Of a stretch of DNA of 64,000 bases, positions 1 through 9,041 are shown piece by piece; within the stretch, counting starts at the first letter, position 1; every line of letters starts with the position of its first letter. Location: IMG/VR virus record IMGVR_UViG_3300022719_000035, positions 2,776 to 66,775 of that record; one strand, given 5' to 3'. The DNA is from a virus. Taxonomy: Duplodnaviria > Caudoviricetes. The position numbers and the translations under genes were made by a program. A model generated the notes under the pieces. That model was given only the letters and a program-made list of their open reading frames with translations. It did not search any database and had not been told where the DNA came from.

Positions 1-108
1 GGCCTCGTGCCCGCGTACCAAGGTCTCGTGATGGTGCGCTTGTGGTACGCGCACAATAGCGCGACGCCTACGCTGTTGTACGTGGATCCGAAATTGGAGA
101 TCACGTAA
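1..108 (+). CDS. 3' end of a probable virion protein (partial)
   Basis: Open frame from base 1 (GLVPAYQGLVMVRLWY...LYVDPKLEIT*); TAA 106-108 overlaps the next ATG (TAATG coupling). Confidence 0.6.
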   Translation, partial: GLVPAYQGLVMVRLWYAHNSATPTLLYVDPKLEIT

Positions 109-1307
109 TGACCGCCAGAGTAGTGGTCACGGCGGAAGGATCTTCGATCTACGTAGACGCTACACGCACGGTTGTCGGGGCAGGTGGCGCTACGGTTTCC
201 TGGTTCGTGGCGGCGGGTGGCGGTGGTGATGTATCAGTTGCGTTAACTGCGGCTACGTCTATTGGCGCAGTTAACGCAGCAACAGCAATACTTGGAGCAC
301 TTACGCTAAATCCTGTTGCAGTAGCCGCTATTGGCACTACTGTAGCGCCTATTGTTGATTTCACTACGCCACCAATTGAAGTATCTAGCGTTAGTGCGAT
401 AGGCAGTGCAGTAGCGCCTTCTTCGATACTTGGATCGCTAACGCTTGAAATTGTTGCTGCAGACACTGTAGCAGCACGAGTCAATCCAAGCGCAACGTTA
501 AGCAGCCTCGCGCTAAACGTTGGTAACGTTACTGCGCTCAGTGCTGTGGTTAATCCAAGCGTGCAAGAAGGCAATCTGTTGTTGAGCGTCGGCAGTGCTG
601 ATGCTCTGAGCAGCTTTGCAAGTTTGTCTGTCTTGCTTGGTTCAATCAGTTTCGACATTGGTAATGTCGCAAGTATTGGTAGCAGTGTTGCACCGTCTGT
701 TGTCGAGACAGGCGGCGGAGTCGCTATCGCAGCAGGCAACGTTGCAGCGATCGGCGCTGCAGTAGCGCCGATAATAATATTAGGCGAGTTAGCAATTGGC
801 GTTGGCAACGCTAATAGTATCGGCGCAGTTGTAGCGCCGTTAGTCGATACACCAGCAGGCATTGAGCTTGTGCTAGTGCCTGTTACTGCGGTAGCACTTA
901 CGCAGTTAGGCGCTGCAGTGCTCGGCTCAGTGAGCCAGACACCGGCAGCGAATACAGCAATAGCAGCGCATCAAGATCCGGCAGTGTCGGCAGATGCGCT
1001 AGCGCTATCAGTACCAGAAGCAGCAGCGATCGGCACTGTAGTAGCGCCTATAGCGCTTGCTAACAGTCTTTTGCTGCAGCCTGATGCTGTGTATGCGGTT
1101 AGCGCGCAGAGCGTGCCAAACGTCATACAAGACAGCATGATCGTTACGCTGCAGACTGCGCAGGCAGTCGCTGGTGATGTGCTTCCTGGTGTTTTGATTA
1201 CGAATGCTGTTGAGTTTGTGTCCGGATCAGATGCTTGGTTGCAATCGGCGCGAGGGTTTGATTGGGAGCTTGACCCACGATCATTCGATTGGAGATTGCG
1301 CAAGTGA
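108..1307 (+). CDS. Virion fibre/decoration protein with ~23-aa tandem repeats
   Basis: 399 aa, A/V/S/G/I/L-rich, period-23 repeat with consensus like AIGxxVAP; lies in the structural block. Confidence 0.7.
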   Translation: MTARVVVTAEGSSIYVDATRTVVGAGGATVSWFVAAGGGGDVSVALTAATSIGAVNAATAILGALTLNPVAVAAIGTTVAPIVDFTTPPIEVSSVSAIGSAVAPSSILGSLTLEIVAADTVAARVNPSATLSSLALNVGNVTALSAVVNPSVQEGNLLLSVGSADALSSFASLSVLLGSISFDIGNVASIGSSVAPSVVETGGGVAIAAGNVAAIGAAVAPIIILGELAIGVGNANSIGAVVAPLVDTPAGIELVLVPVTAVALTQLGAAVLGSVSQTPAANTAIAAHQDPAVSADALALSVPEAAAIGTVVAPIALANSLLLQPDAVYAVSAQSVPNVIQDSMIVTLQTAQAVAGDVLPGVLITNAVEFVSGSDAWLQSARGFDWELDPRSFDWRLRK

Positions 1308-1651
1308 TATCCTCTGTAAATCTACGCGATGCGACAACTGGATTGCGCATGCTGCAAAAGCATCCGGACGAAGATGTATTGCTGGACATTGACTGCACTG
1401 ATGTGCTGCCAGTTGGCGCAACAGTAGTCAGTGTGCAGACAATCGAAGCAGAAGCGTTTGGACTAGTCACTGAAGTTGCAGCATTAGTAATTACTAGTCC
1501 GACAATCGGCGGTGGCGTGCGCGTGCAAGCAACGTATACAGCCGGCACGAATGGCGAGCGCTACTTGATTGAAGCAGCCTTCACTACATCGCGCGGCGAT
1601 ACGTTGATTGAGCAAGTTGTGCTCGAAGTTACGAAAAAGGCGGTAAGCTAA
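1304..1651 (+). CDS. Phage fibre-adaptor protein (gp77-like)
   Basis: Pattern KHPDEDVLLDID...AGTNGERYLIEAAFTTSRGDT...LEV resembles the KDPDxxLDY...GxxGxxY...TSxGR adaptor family; GGAG at 1291 favours GTG 1304. Confidence 0.55.
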   Translation: MISSVNLRDATTGLRMLQKHPDEDVLLDIDCTDVLPVGATVVSVQTIEAEAFGLVTEVAALVITSPTIGGGVRVQATYTAGTNGERYLIEAAFTTSRGDTLIEQVVLEVTKKAVS

Positions 1652-2157
1652 TGGCACTCACGATCGATGCAACAGTAGGCGGCATAGCTACGAATTCGTA
1701 TGTGACAGTAGCTGAAACCGATGCGTATCACGAAGAGCATTTATACGGCACAGCATGGACTAGCGCTGATGCAGAGAAGAAGAAAGCAGCGATTATCTGG
1801 GCCAGCAAGTTGCTTGACGATCAAGTTACGTGGCGCGGCTTCAAGTACAACTTGGATCAAGCGTTAGGCTGGCCACGATCGAATGCGTTTGATCGCGATA
1901 ATCAGTTTATCGACGTGGATGAGATCCCGAAAGGAGTTAAACGTGCAGCAATGGAAATGGCACGTTTGTTGCTCGAAAGCGATCGCACTGCAGCCGCTGG
2001 CACTGAAGGCTTTAGTAAGATCAAAGTAGGCAGTATTGAGCTAGCGATTGACTCGAATGATCGCATTGATGTACTGCCAGATCATGTGCTCGCAATGTTG
2101 CAAGAGTTTGTTTTGCGCACGGCGCAGGATTCGACTGCGCGCTTGCTTAGAGTCTAA
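1651..2157 (+). CDS. Head-tail adaptor (DnaT-like phage family)
   Basis: NSYVTVAETDAYH and QALGWPR motifs; position before head-closure gene. Confidence 0.75.
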   Translation: MALTIDATVGGIATNSYVTVAETDAYHEEHLYGTAWTSADAEKKKAAIIWASKLLDDQVTWRGFKYNLDQALGWPRSNAFDRDNQFIDVDEIPKGVKRAAMEMARLLLESDRTAAAGTEGFSKIKVGSIELAIDSNDRIDVLPDHVLAMLQEFVLRTAQDSTARLLRV

Positions 2158-2162
2158 GCCTG

Positions 2163-2543
2163 ATGGCGCTGAAAGACACACTGCAGACACTTGCGCAAAC
2201 GGCACTGCGTGCAGCAGCGCTATCAGTGCCAATTACGTATGTTGAAGTAACCGAGCGCTCTAGTTACAACGCAACAACAGACGTATCAACAGCAGAAGAA
2301 ATACATCATCCGAACGTGCCGGCAACGTTCGTTGAGTACACGCGGCAAGAGATTAATGCGAATGATGATATTGAGAGTTTTGATCGGCGCGTGCTGATTG
2401 CAGTGTTGGATATGCCAGTGAGTGCGCCAAAGAAAGGTCATCGCTTGATCATGCAGGATTTCAGCGCATGGCGCGTTATTGACGCGCGTACAGATCCTGC
2501 AAACGCAACATGGGACCTACAAGTGCGTCCAGGGGCAGGCTAA
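2163..2543 (+). CDS. Head-closure / head-tail joining protein
   Basis: 126 aa beta-rich; synteny between adaptor and gp10-like gene. Confidence 0.6.
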   Translation: MALKDTLQTLAQTALRAAALSVPITYVEVTERSSYNATTDVSTAEEIHHPNVPATFVEYTRQEINANDDIESFDRRVLIAVLDMPVSAPKKGHRLIMQDFSAWRVIDARTDPANATWDLQVRPGAG

Positions 2544-2956
2544 TGAGTGTGCAAACATTTCAACGTGATCTGCAGCGCTTTGCGCAGAAATTGGATGTTG
2601 AGCATAAGGCTGCAACGAAAAAGTTTACATTCGATTTGCTGCGGCGGATCGTCATGAAGACGCCTGTAGACTTTGGACGCGCTCGCGCTTCGTGGAATGT
2701 TGGCGTGAATCGCGTTGATACTTCAGTGATGCCAGAAGGCACAGAGCTATCGCCAGCACAGGCAGCGCAAACAGCGTTTGATCGTGCAACTGCTGCGCTA
2801 GCAACGTCAGAGTCGCTAGATACAGTGTTCATCACGAATAACTTGGATTACATCGTGCGGTTAGAAGAAGGGCACTCAAAAATACAAGCGCCGCAAGGCA
2901 TGCTGCGCGTTTCGATTGCCGAAGTACAAGCTCTGTCTGATCAAGTGCTGCGCTAA
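2543..2956 (+). CDS. HK97 gp10-like tail completion protein
   Basis: TPVDFGRARASW and NNLDYIVRLEEGHS motifs; ATG 2543 overlaps upstream stop. Confidence 0.8.
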   Translation: MSVQTFQRDLQRFAQKLDVEHKAATKKFTFDLLRRIVMKTPVDFGRARASWNVGVNRVDTSVMPEGTELSPAQAAQTAFDRATAALATSESLDTVFITNNLDYIVRLEEGHSKIQAPQGMLRVSIAEVQALSDQVLR

Positions 2957-3381
2957 TGGATCATGCTGAAGTAAGAAGTACACTCGCCGCGCGTTTAGCG
3001 AGCAATTGGACAGCTACGCCGATTGCTTGGCCTAACTATGATTTCGATCCATCGCGATTGAGCGCAGACGAACAGACAACAGGCTTTATACGTTTCTCGA
3101 TTCAATTCGGCGCAAGTGAACAGATTGGCCTCGGCGGCGAGTTAGACAAACGGCAATGGCGAAACCTTGGCGTATTGTTCATACAAGTTTTCGTAGCAGA
3201 GAATTCTGGAACGAAACTCTGCATGCAACATGTAGATGCATTGAAGGAGCTTTGGCGCGGACAGCAACTTGCCGGCGGCATTCTTATCCGATCGCCAGAT
3301 ATTAACGTCATTGGGCGCGATAATGAGGGCTTCTTTCAAGTAAACGTTTCTGTAGCGTTCCAATGGGACGAATTCACTTAA
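2956..3381 (+). CDS. Tail terminator protein
   Basis: IAWPNxDF motif, VQVF strand and FQVNVSVAF C-terminus; precedes tail tube. Confidence 0.7.
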   Translation: MDHAEVRSTLAARLASNWTATPIAWPNYDFDPSRLSADEQTTGFIRFSIQFGASEQIGLGGELDKRQWRNLGVLFIQVFVAENSGTKLCMQHVDALKELWRGQQLAGGILIRSPDINVIGRDNEGFFQVNVSVAFQWDEFT

Positions 3382-3396
3382 TCGGAGGATCTCGTA

Positions 3397-4560
3397 ATGT
3401 CTGATTCCAGCCGCGTGCAATTACGGGCAATGCCCGAAACTGTTTGGGGCACTATCCCTGCTACTGCGCTTACAAACCTGCGCTTCACTAGCGAAAATTT
3501 GAAGCATGCAATCGCTACTACGCAGTCAGAAGAGATACGCAGTGATCGACAGATCACAGATCTCATTCAGACGAGTCAGGAAGGCTCAGGCGGTTTCAAT
3601 TTTGAAATGTCCTATGACAATTTAGATGCTCTCTTTGAAGGCATCTTTATGGAGAGTTGGTCCAGCTTGCTCACTGTGACGGATACCGATATTAGCGCTG
3701 CTAATTCGGACAACTCATTCAATTCTGCAGGCGCAGGTTTTCCGGCGTTTGTTGTTGGGCAATGGGTGCGTGTTGCAGGTTTCACGGATGCTGCGAACAA
3801 TGGCTTTTTCAAAGTTGTTTCGCGCACTTCGAGCAAGCTTGTCGTTACTGGCGCTATATTGGCTGATGAATCTGCAGGCGATAGTGTCACGATTGATAGC
3901 ACGCAGCTTCGTAATGGGGTTACTGAAAAGTCATTCGTAATTGAAAAAGAATTTGCGGATGTAGGGAGTAATAATTTTCATGCATACACCGGGATGGAAG
4001 TGCAGAACTTCAATCTGTCAGTTGCAGCAAGCGAAATTGCAACTGGTTCATTAGAGTTTCTTGGTAAAACGTCGCAAGTTGCTAGTGCTACTACTGGTAC
4101 TGGCGCTGCAAACACAGCGCCAACAAATAGCGTCATGAATGCGATGAACAACATCGCGCAAGTGCGAGAGAATGACGCAGCGTTGCCTGCTGGTGTCTTT
4201 ATTCAGGAGCTTTCGATTGCGCTTGCAAATAACTTGCGCGGCCGGCCGGCAATTGGCGTTGTTGGGCATTCGTCTATTGGGCGTGGCCGTGTTGCAGTGA
4301 CAGGATCGCTTACTGCGTATTTTAGCGATGGTGCTATGTACAGTCGCTATATAGCGAACACTGCATCGTCGATTTCTTTCCGCATGACGGACGCAGAAGG
4401 TAATTCGTACATCTTCACTATGCCGAAAGTGAAATTCACTGATGGTGAGATTCTCGCTGGCGGCGTTGATCAAGATGTAATGGTGTCGATTCCGTATCAG
4501 GCACTGATGGATCCGACTGAACAGTACACGTTACAACTCAACAAGTTTAGCGCTGCGTAA
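3397..4560 (+). CDS. Tail tube (major tail) protein with inserted beta domain
   Basis: LRFTSENL...SEEIRSDRQ...GGFNFEMSY motifs; insert around VGQWVRVAGFTDAANNG. Confidence 0.85.
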   Translation: MSDSSRVQLRAMPETVWGTIPATALTNLRFTSENLKHAIATTQSEEIRSDRQITDLIQTSQEGSGGFNFEMSYDNLDALFEGIFMESWSSLLTVTDTDISAANSDNSFNSAGAGFPAFVVGQWVRVAGFTDAANNGFFKVVSRTSSKLVVTGAILADESAGDSVTIDSTQLRNGVTEKSFVIEKEFADVGSNNFHAYTGMEVQNFNLSVAASEIATGSLEFLGKTSQVASATTGTGAANTAPTNSVMNAMNNIAQVRENDAALPAGVFIQELSIALANNLRGRPAIGVVGHSSIGRGRVAVTGSLTAYFSDGAMYSRYIANTASSISFRMTDAEGNSYIFTMPKVKFTDGEILAGGVDQDVMVSIPYQALMDPTEQYTLQLNKFSAA

Positions 4561-4614
4561 TAGCGCAGTTAGCACGATTGCTCCGGGAAGAGCCGCCTAT
4601 TTAGGAGGCTAAGT

Positions 4615-5019
4615 ATGGATTTGTTGCAGGATTTTGGCACGTCGCCAGAGAAAGAAAACGAAGGCATCTGGATTGATGTAGGCGCTGATACGCGCATTCG
4701 TGTTGCGCGTTGGAACAATGCGAAGTACCGCCGACTGTTCGCTGAACGGATGCAGCCGTTCAACACGGGGCGCAAGCCAACTGATGAGCAGTCAGAAGAG
4801 ATACTCGTGTATTGCATTGCACGAGCAATCCTTCTTGACTGGGAAAACGTTAGCCTTGACGGCGAAGAGTTGCCGTATACGCACGAAAACGCTGAGCGCG
4901 TATTGCGCGATGAGCGCTTGCGCGACTTTCGTGATTTCGTCGTGCGGCAGGCAACAAGCATGGAAGGCTTTCGCTATGAGAATTTGGAAGCCGATGTGGG
5001 AAAGTCACAAACTACCTGA
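4615..5019 (+). CDS. Tail assembly chaperone (gpG equivalent)
   Basis: Between tube and tape measure; IRVARWNN and LLDWENV motifs; ends just after GGGAAAG. Confidence 0.85.
   Translation: MDLLQDFGTSPEKENEGIWIDVGADTRIRVARWNNAKYRRLFAERMQPFNTGRKPTDEQSEEILVYCIARAILLDWENVSLDGEELPYTHENAERVLRDERLRDFRDFVVRQATSMEGFRYENLEADVGKSQTT
4998..5004 (+). promoter_or_regulatory. -1 ribosomal frameshift heptamer G GGA AAG
   Basis: Same sequence as the lambda G/GT site, in the correct phase (codons GGA AAG at 4999-5004). Confidence 0.85.
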
Positions 5020-5306
5020 AATGGAAAGCCGAATGGGGCGCGCGTGAAGATTGGTTCAGGGATCTAGCCGCCACCGGAATACGTATACCAGCACTTGAGC
5101 GCGAGCCAGTGCTAGATGATTGGCAGGTTTGGCTATGCAACGCGCATTTGTTCATGCTGCCTGCTGGCAACGATAACGGCATTGTGTCATTGCGCGAAGT
5201 GATCGACTATTGCGAGGTATTTGGTTTCAGCGATATTGAATACTTAGCTAAATTCACGCGCCAAGTATCCCTAGCGCTGCTAAACAAGGATCAAAACGAT
5301 GGCTGA
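4998..5306 (+). CDS. gpT-equivalent extension reached by -1 frameshift (gpGT = 4615..5306)
   Basis: -1 frame open from 4998: GKVTNYLKWKAEWGAREDW...PVLDDWQVW...NDG*; contains track ORF 5109..5306. Confidence 0.8.
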   Translation, partial: GKVTNYLKWKAEWGAREDWFRDLAATGIRIPALEREPVLDDWQVWLCNAHLFMLPAGNDNGIVSLREVIDYCEVFGFSDIEYLAKFTRQVSLALLNKDQNDG

Positions 5307-7767
5307 TTTAGCCAAGCTTGGAATTGAGATCAAAAACCGCGCAGCTAATGCAGCCATCAAGGATAGTAAGCGCGAGTTAACTAACTTAGGTACTAGCGCT
5401 GGGCTTATGCAGCGCACAGTAACGCGATCGTTTGCGTTTATGCGCAAAGAAGCGATCGCGTTTGCTGGTGTCGCCGCAGGGCTTGGTACTGCATTTGCTT
5501 TTCTACTTCCAGCTACGAGACAGTTTGCAGAGTTTGAAGAGAAGATATCTGAACTGTCCGCAATCACTGGCGCAGTCGGTGCAGATCTAGAGTTTCTCAG
5601 TAATACTGCGCGCGAGTTTGGCGCTACTACTACGCTATCAGCAACGCAAGCGGCGGAAGCAATGAAGTTGATCGCTTCCGCTAAGCCTGAATTGCTTGAG
5701 AACAATGCAGCGCTTGCGCAGACAACGCAAGAGATGCTGCTCTTAGCTGAAGCAGCAAAAATTACACTGCCTCAAGCCGCACGCACACTTGGCGTAGCAC
5801 TGAACCAATTTCAGGAAGATGCAAGCGAAGCAAATCGCTTCGTTAATGTGCTTGCTGCGGGCGCAAGATTCGGCTCTTCCGAAATTGTAGACACTGCGGA
5901 TGCTATTCGTAGATCAGGCACTGCGGCTGCAGGCGCAGGCGTGTCGTTTGAAGAGTTGAACGCTAGCATTCAAACGCTTGCACGATTTGAAGTTAAAGGC
6001 AGTGAAGCTGGAACTGCACTGCGCAATGTCATTTTGCGACTTAGTGTTGCGAATGATCAAATCAATCCGAAGATAGTAGGCTTTAACCAAGCGCTAGAGA
6101 ATCTCGGAGAGTTAGCGCTTTCAGACAAAGAAAAGTTAAAGCTATTCGGATTGGAAAATATACAGTTTGCAGATATATTGATCAATAACATCGATGTTGC
6201 TGAAGAGTTCAGAGAAAAACTTACCGGTACACAGACTGCGACAGAACAGGCAAGCACGAATACGGATAACTTAAAAGGCGATCTCAAATCGCTAAACTCT
6301 GTTTGGGAAGAGTTGAAGATCACTGTCGGCGAAGATGTTAATCCTACTGTGCGCTCCTTTATTCAAGTGTTAACGGATGGCATTGCGTTTGTAACGGACA
6401 TGCATGCAGTTTTGCGCGGCTTTGCTGATTTCATGGTAGGCACTGTCGCTGCCGGTTTTATTCGTTTGCGCGCAACAGTGCAGACAACTTTCTTGGATAT
6501 GCTGTCAACGATTCGTGAAAGCATGGGCGCTGCTGTTGACTTCATAGCAGATGCGCTTGATACAGCACGCAGTAATAAAGCGATCGGTTTCGGCGCTGAT
6601 CTATTAGGGTTAGACCCAGAAACGTTGCGACGCACTAGCGAAGGTTTGCGTGAATATGCTGATAGTTTGAGTAACGAAGCAGCACCAGCGCAGCAAGCAA
6701 TCGCAGATACGAAGCGCGATATTATCGAAACATCAGAGGCTGAAATTCTAGCGCTTGAACAACTTATACAAGATGCTGCAGATTGGAATGCCCGTAACCG
6801 CGAAGTAGCAGCTTCAAATGAAGCAGTAGCAGCTAGCCAAGAAAATGTTAATGATGCAGTAAATGCTGCCGCAGCAGGCACTGAGCGACTTGTCGCTGAG
6901 TTGTCAGAAGGTCTGCGGCAAAAGAAGATGGATCATCTCAAGGAACTTGCTGAAGACGGCGAGCGCTTGCGGCAGTCTGTGTTAACGCCGCTAGAAGAGT
7001 TCAACCAGAAGATGCGTGAAGTTGAAGAATTACGCGCAGCCGGCGCAATTTCTGCAGAGACTGCAGCGCGAGCAGAAGAGAAATTCCGTGAAGAGTTAGA
7101 GCGCGGAACAGCAAGCCTTGAAGAGTTGAAGACAACCGGCACAAGCGCATTCGATGAACTGAAAACTGCAGTAGAAGGTTGGAGCCGCAGCTTTGCTGAT
7201 GCAATGCTAAGCGGCGAGCGCGGCTTCAAAGGCTTTGTCGATTCAGTAGTGCGCGAAATTTCGCGCATCGCATTAGCAAAAGCTACTGAGCCGCTATTCA
7301 ATGCGCTGTCTAGTGGGCTTGAAACTTTCTTTAGTACGGGATCGTTTAACTTTGGCGGCGGTAGTAGTGGTGGCGGCGGCGCTGGTGGTGGATTCACAAG
7401 CTCATCAGGCTTAGGGCTAAGCAGCGCAAATTTATTCGCTAGCGGCGGTATCGCGCGCGGGCCTTCAGTTAATGTAATCGGCGAAGGCTCATCGCCTGAA
7501 GCGTTCGTGCCGTTGCCTGATGGCAAGACGATTCCAGTAACAATCAAAGGCGGTACTGCGAGCGGCGGCACAAATGTAAACGTTGATATCAATGTTGTGA
7601 ATGAATCGAATGCTGAGGTTACTGCGCAAAATAACGGCATGCAGAATGGGCGCGTACAAATACAAATGTTAGTAAAAGACACGATCGATGCACTAGTAAC
7701 CAATGGGCAGTTAGATAAAACGCTTAAACAAGGCTATGGCGTCGATCGTGCTGGGAGAACACGCTAA
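5299..7767 (+). CDS. Tail tape measure protein
   Basis: 822 aa, Ala-rich helical; TP901-type core (AREFGATTTLSATQAAEAM, GSEAGTALRN); C-terminal FASGGI...GEGSSPEAFVP. Confidence 0.95.
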   Translation: MADLAKLGIEIKNRAANAAIKDSKRELTNLGTSAGLMQRTVTRSFAFMRKEAIAFAGVAAGLGTAFAFLLPATRQFAEFEEKISELSAITGAVGADLEFLSNTAREFGATTTLSATQAAEAMKLIASAKPELLENNAALAQTTQEMLLLAEAAKITLPQAARTLGVALNQFQEDASEANRFVNVLAAGARFGSSEIVDTADAIRRSGTAAAGAGVSFEELNASIQTLARFEVKGSEAGTALRNVILRLSVANDQINPKIVGFNQALENLGELALSDKEKLKLFGLENIQFADILINNIDVAEEFREKLTGTQTATEQASTNTDNLKGDLKSLNSVWEELKITVGEDVNPTVRSFIQVLTDGIAFVTDMHAVLRGFADFMVGTVAAGFIRLRATVQTTFLDMLSTIRESMGAAVDFIADALDTARSNKAIGFGADLLGLDPETLRRTSEGLREYADSLSNEAAPAQQAIADTKRDIIETSEAEILALEQLIQDAADWNARNREVAASNEAVAASQENVNDAVNAAAAGTERLVAELSEGLRQKKMDHLKELAEDGERLRQSVLTPLEEFNQKMREVEELRAAGAISAETAARAEEKFREELERGTASLEELKTTGTSAFDELKTAVEGWSRSFADAMLSGERGFKGFVDSVVREISRIALAKATEPLFNALSSGLETFFSTGSFNFGGGSSGGGGAGGGFTSSSGLGLSSANLFASGGIARGPSVNVIGEGSSPEAFVPLPDGKTIPVTIKGGTASGGTNVNVDINVVNESNAEVTAQNNGMQNGRVQIQMLVKDTIDALVTNGQLDKTLKQGYGVDRAGRTR

Positions 7768-8123
7768 TGTCTAATCCAGTTTGGCCAGCATCGCTACCGC
7801 AACAGTTTGAAGCAGAGGGTTACTCAGAAAACTTTGCAGACAATCAACTGCGCACGCGCATGGATTCCGGGCCGGAAAAAGTGCGGCGTAAATACACAGC
7901 AGAAGCGCGACAGATAACAGGGCAAATGTTCATGACGCTAGCGCAAGTTGCAACGTTAGATACGTTCTACACTATTACGCTAGTTGCCGGCACGCTGCCG
8001 TTTGATTGGGTGCACCCGCGCACGGCTGCTGCAACTGCATTTCGTTACGTAGGGCCGCCGACAGTGAACGCAGTAGGCGGCGGCGAGTTTCGCATTCGCA
8101 TGACTATCGAGATCCTGCCATGA
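7767..8123 (+). CDS. Distal tail protein (lambda gpM-like)
   Basis: WPASLP, RTRMDSGPEKVRR and PFDWVHP motifs; follows tape measure. Confidence 0.75.
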   Translation: MSNPVWPASLPQQFEAEGYSENFADNQLRTRMDSGPEKVRRKYTAEARQITGQMFMTLAQVATLDTFYTITLVAGTLPFDWVHPRTAAATAFRYVGPPTVNAVGGGEFRIRMTIEILP

Positions 8124-8632
8124 CACTTTCTGCGACAGCCAAAGCAGCACTTTTTGCACAGCAGACAAGCGAAGTTCTGCTAGTGTGCTGCGTGATTGAA
8201 CATCCAGATATTCCAGAGTCAGAACTCTTTTCTGCAGGCATTATCCGCGTAGTGCGAAACACAGAAGAAATAACAGTAGCTGGTTTAGCAGACGCTACAT
8301 TGAATGGCACGTATAAGCCGTTTCCATTCGATATTGTTATTCCTTCGCAGGATCAAGATGCACCGGCTGAATCAAGGCTAGTGATCGACAACATCGATAG
8401 ACAGATTGTAGTAGCAGTGCGCAGTATCGATACTGCGCCGGATGTGACTATGTTTGTTGTGCTCGCTGATTCGCCGAATGTTGTCGAGTTTGGCCCGTTC
8501 ACTATGCAATTGCGCGATGTGCAATATGATCGTTTCACGATCGAAGGGCGCTTAACCTTCGATGATTTTTTGAACGAGAGTTATCCAACTGGAACATTCA
8601 ATGAACAAACCCATCCAGGCATGTTCCCGTAA
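8120..8632 (+). CDS. Tail tip protein (gpL/DUF1833-like)
   Basis: ATG 8120 overlaps upstream TGA; YKPFPFDIVIP...IDNIDR pattern. Confidence 0.75.
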   Translation: MTLSATAKAALFAQQTSEVLLVCCVIEHPDIPESELFSAGIIRVVRNTEEITVAGLADATLNGTYKPFPFDIVIPSQDQDAPAESRLVIDNIDRQIVVAVRSIDTAPDVTMFVVLADSPNVVEFGPFTMQLRDVQYDRFTIEGRLTFDDFLNESYPTGTFNEQTHPGMFP

Positions 8633-9041
8633 AGCAAATTGGCTTGATCGCTATATGGCGATTCCTTTTGAGCCGAAAGGCCGCACGTTTGACGGTTGCG
8701 ATTGCTGGGGCTTAATGTGCTTATTGCAGCGGCATGAGTGCGGCGTAGAACTGCCGCACTTACTGGATGACTACGATGCGCCTGAAGTTGGCGATGCGCG
8801 CTTAGCCGACTTAGTACGGCGCACATCACTGCAGGAATGGCGCGAAGTGACAATAGTCAACGTACAGTTTGGTGATGGGCTAGTGTTTCGCATGATGAAT
8901 GAACCGATTCATATTGCGTTTGCGATCAACGCAACGCAGATGGTGCATACACGCAAAAACGTTGGCGTGCTCGTTGAGTCATTCACAGCACCGCAATGGG
9001 CTTCGCGATTGGTTGGGGCATACCGCTATGCAACAGGGTAA
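8601..9041 (+). CDS. NlpC/P60 tail-tip peptidase (gpK C-terminal-like)
   Basis: IPFEPKGRTFDGCDCWGL catalytic Cys motif plus HIA and MVH His residues. Confidence 0.9.
   Translation: MNKPIQACSRKANWLDRYMAIPFEPKGRTFDGCDCWGLMCLLQRHECGVELPHLLDDYDAPEVGDARLADLVRRTSLQEWREVTIVNVQFGDGLVFRMMNEPIHIAFAINATQMVHTRKNVGVLVESFTAPQWASRLVGAYRYATG

Noticed and set aside
149-862. Long minus-strand ORFs (also 6933..7703, 32486..33361, 44251..45108, 62321..63583)
   Set aside because: Antisense shadows of low-complexity or codon-biased + strand genes; no RBS or motifs; the genome is otherwise unidirectional.
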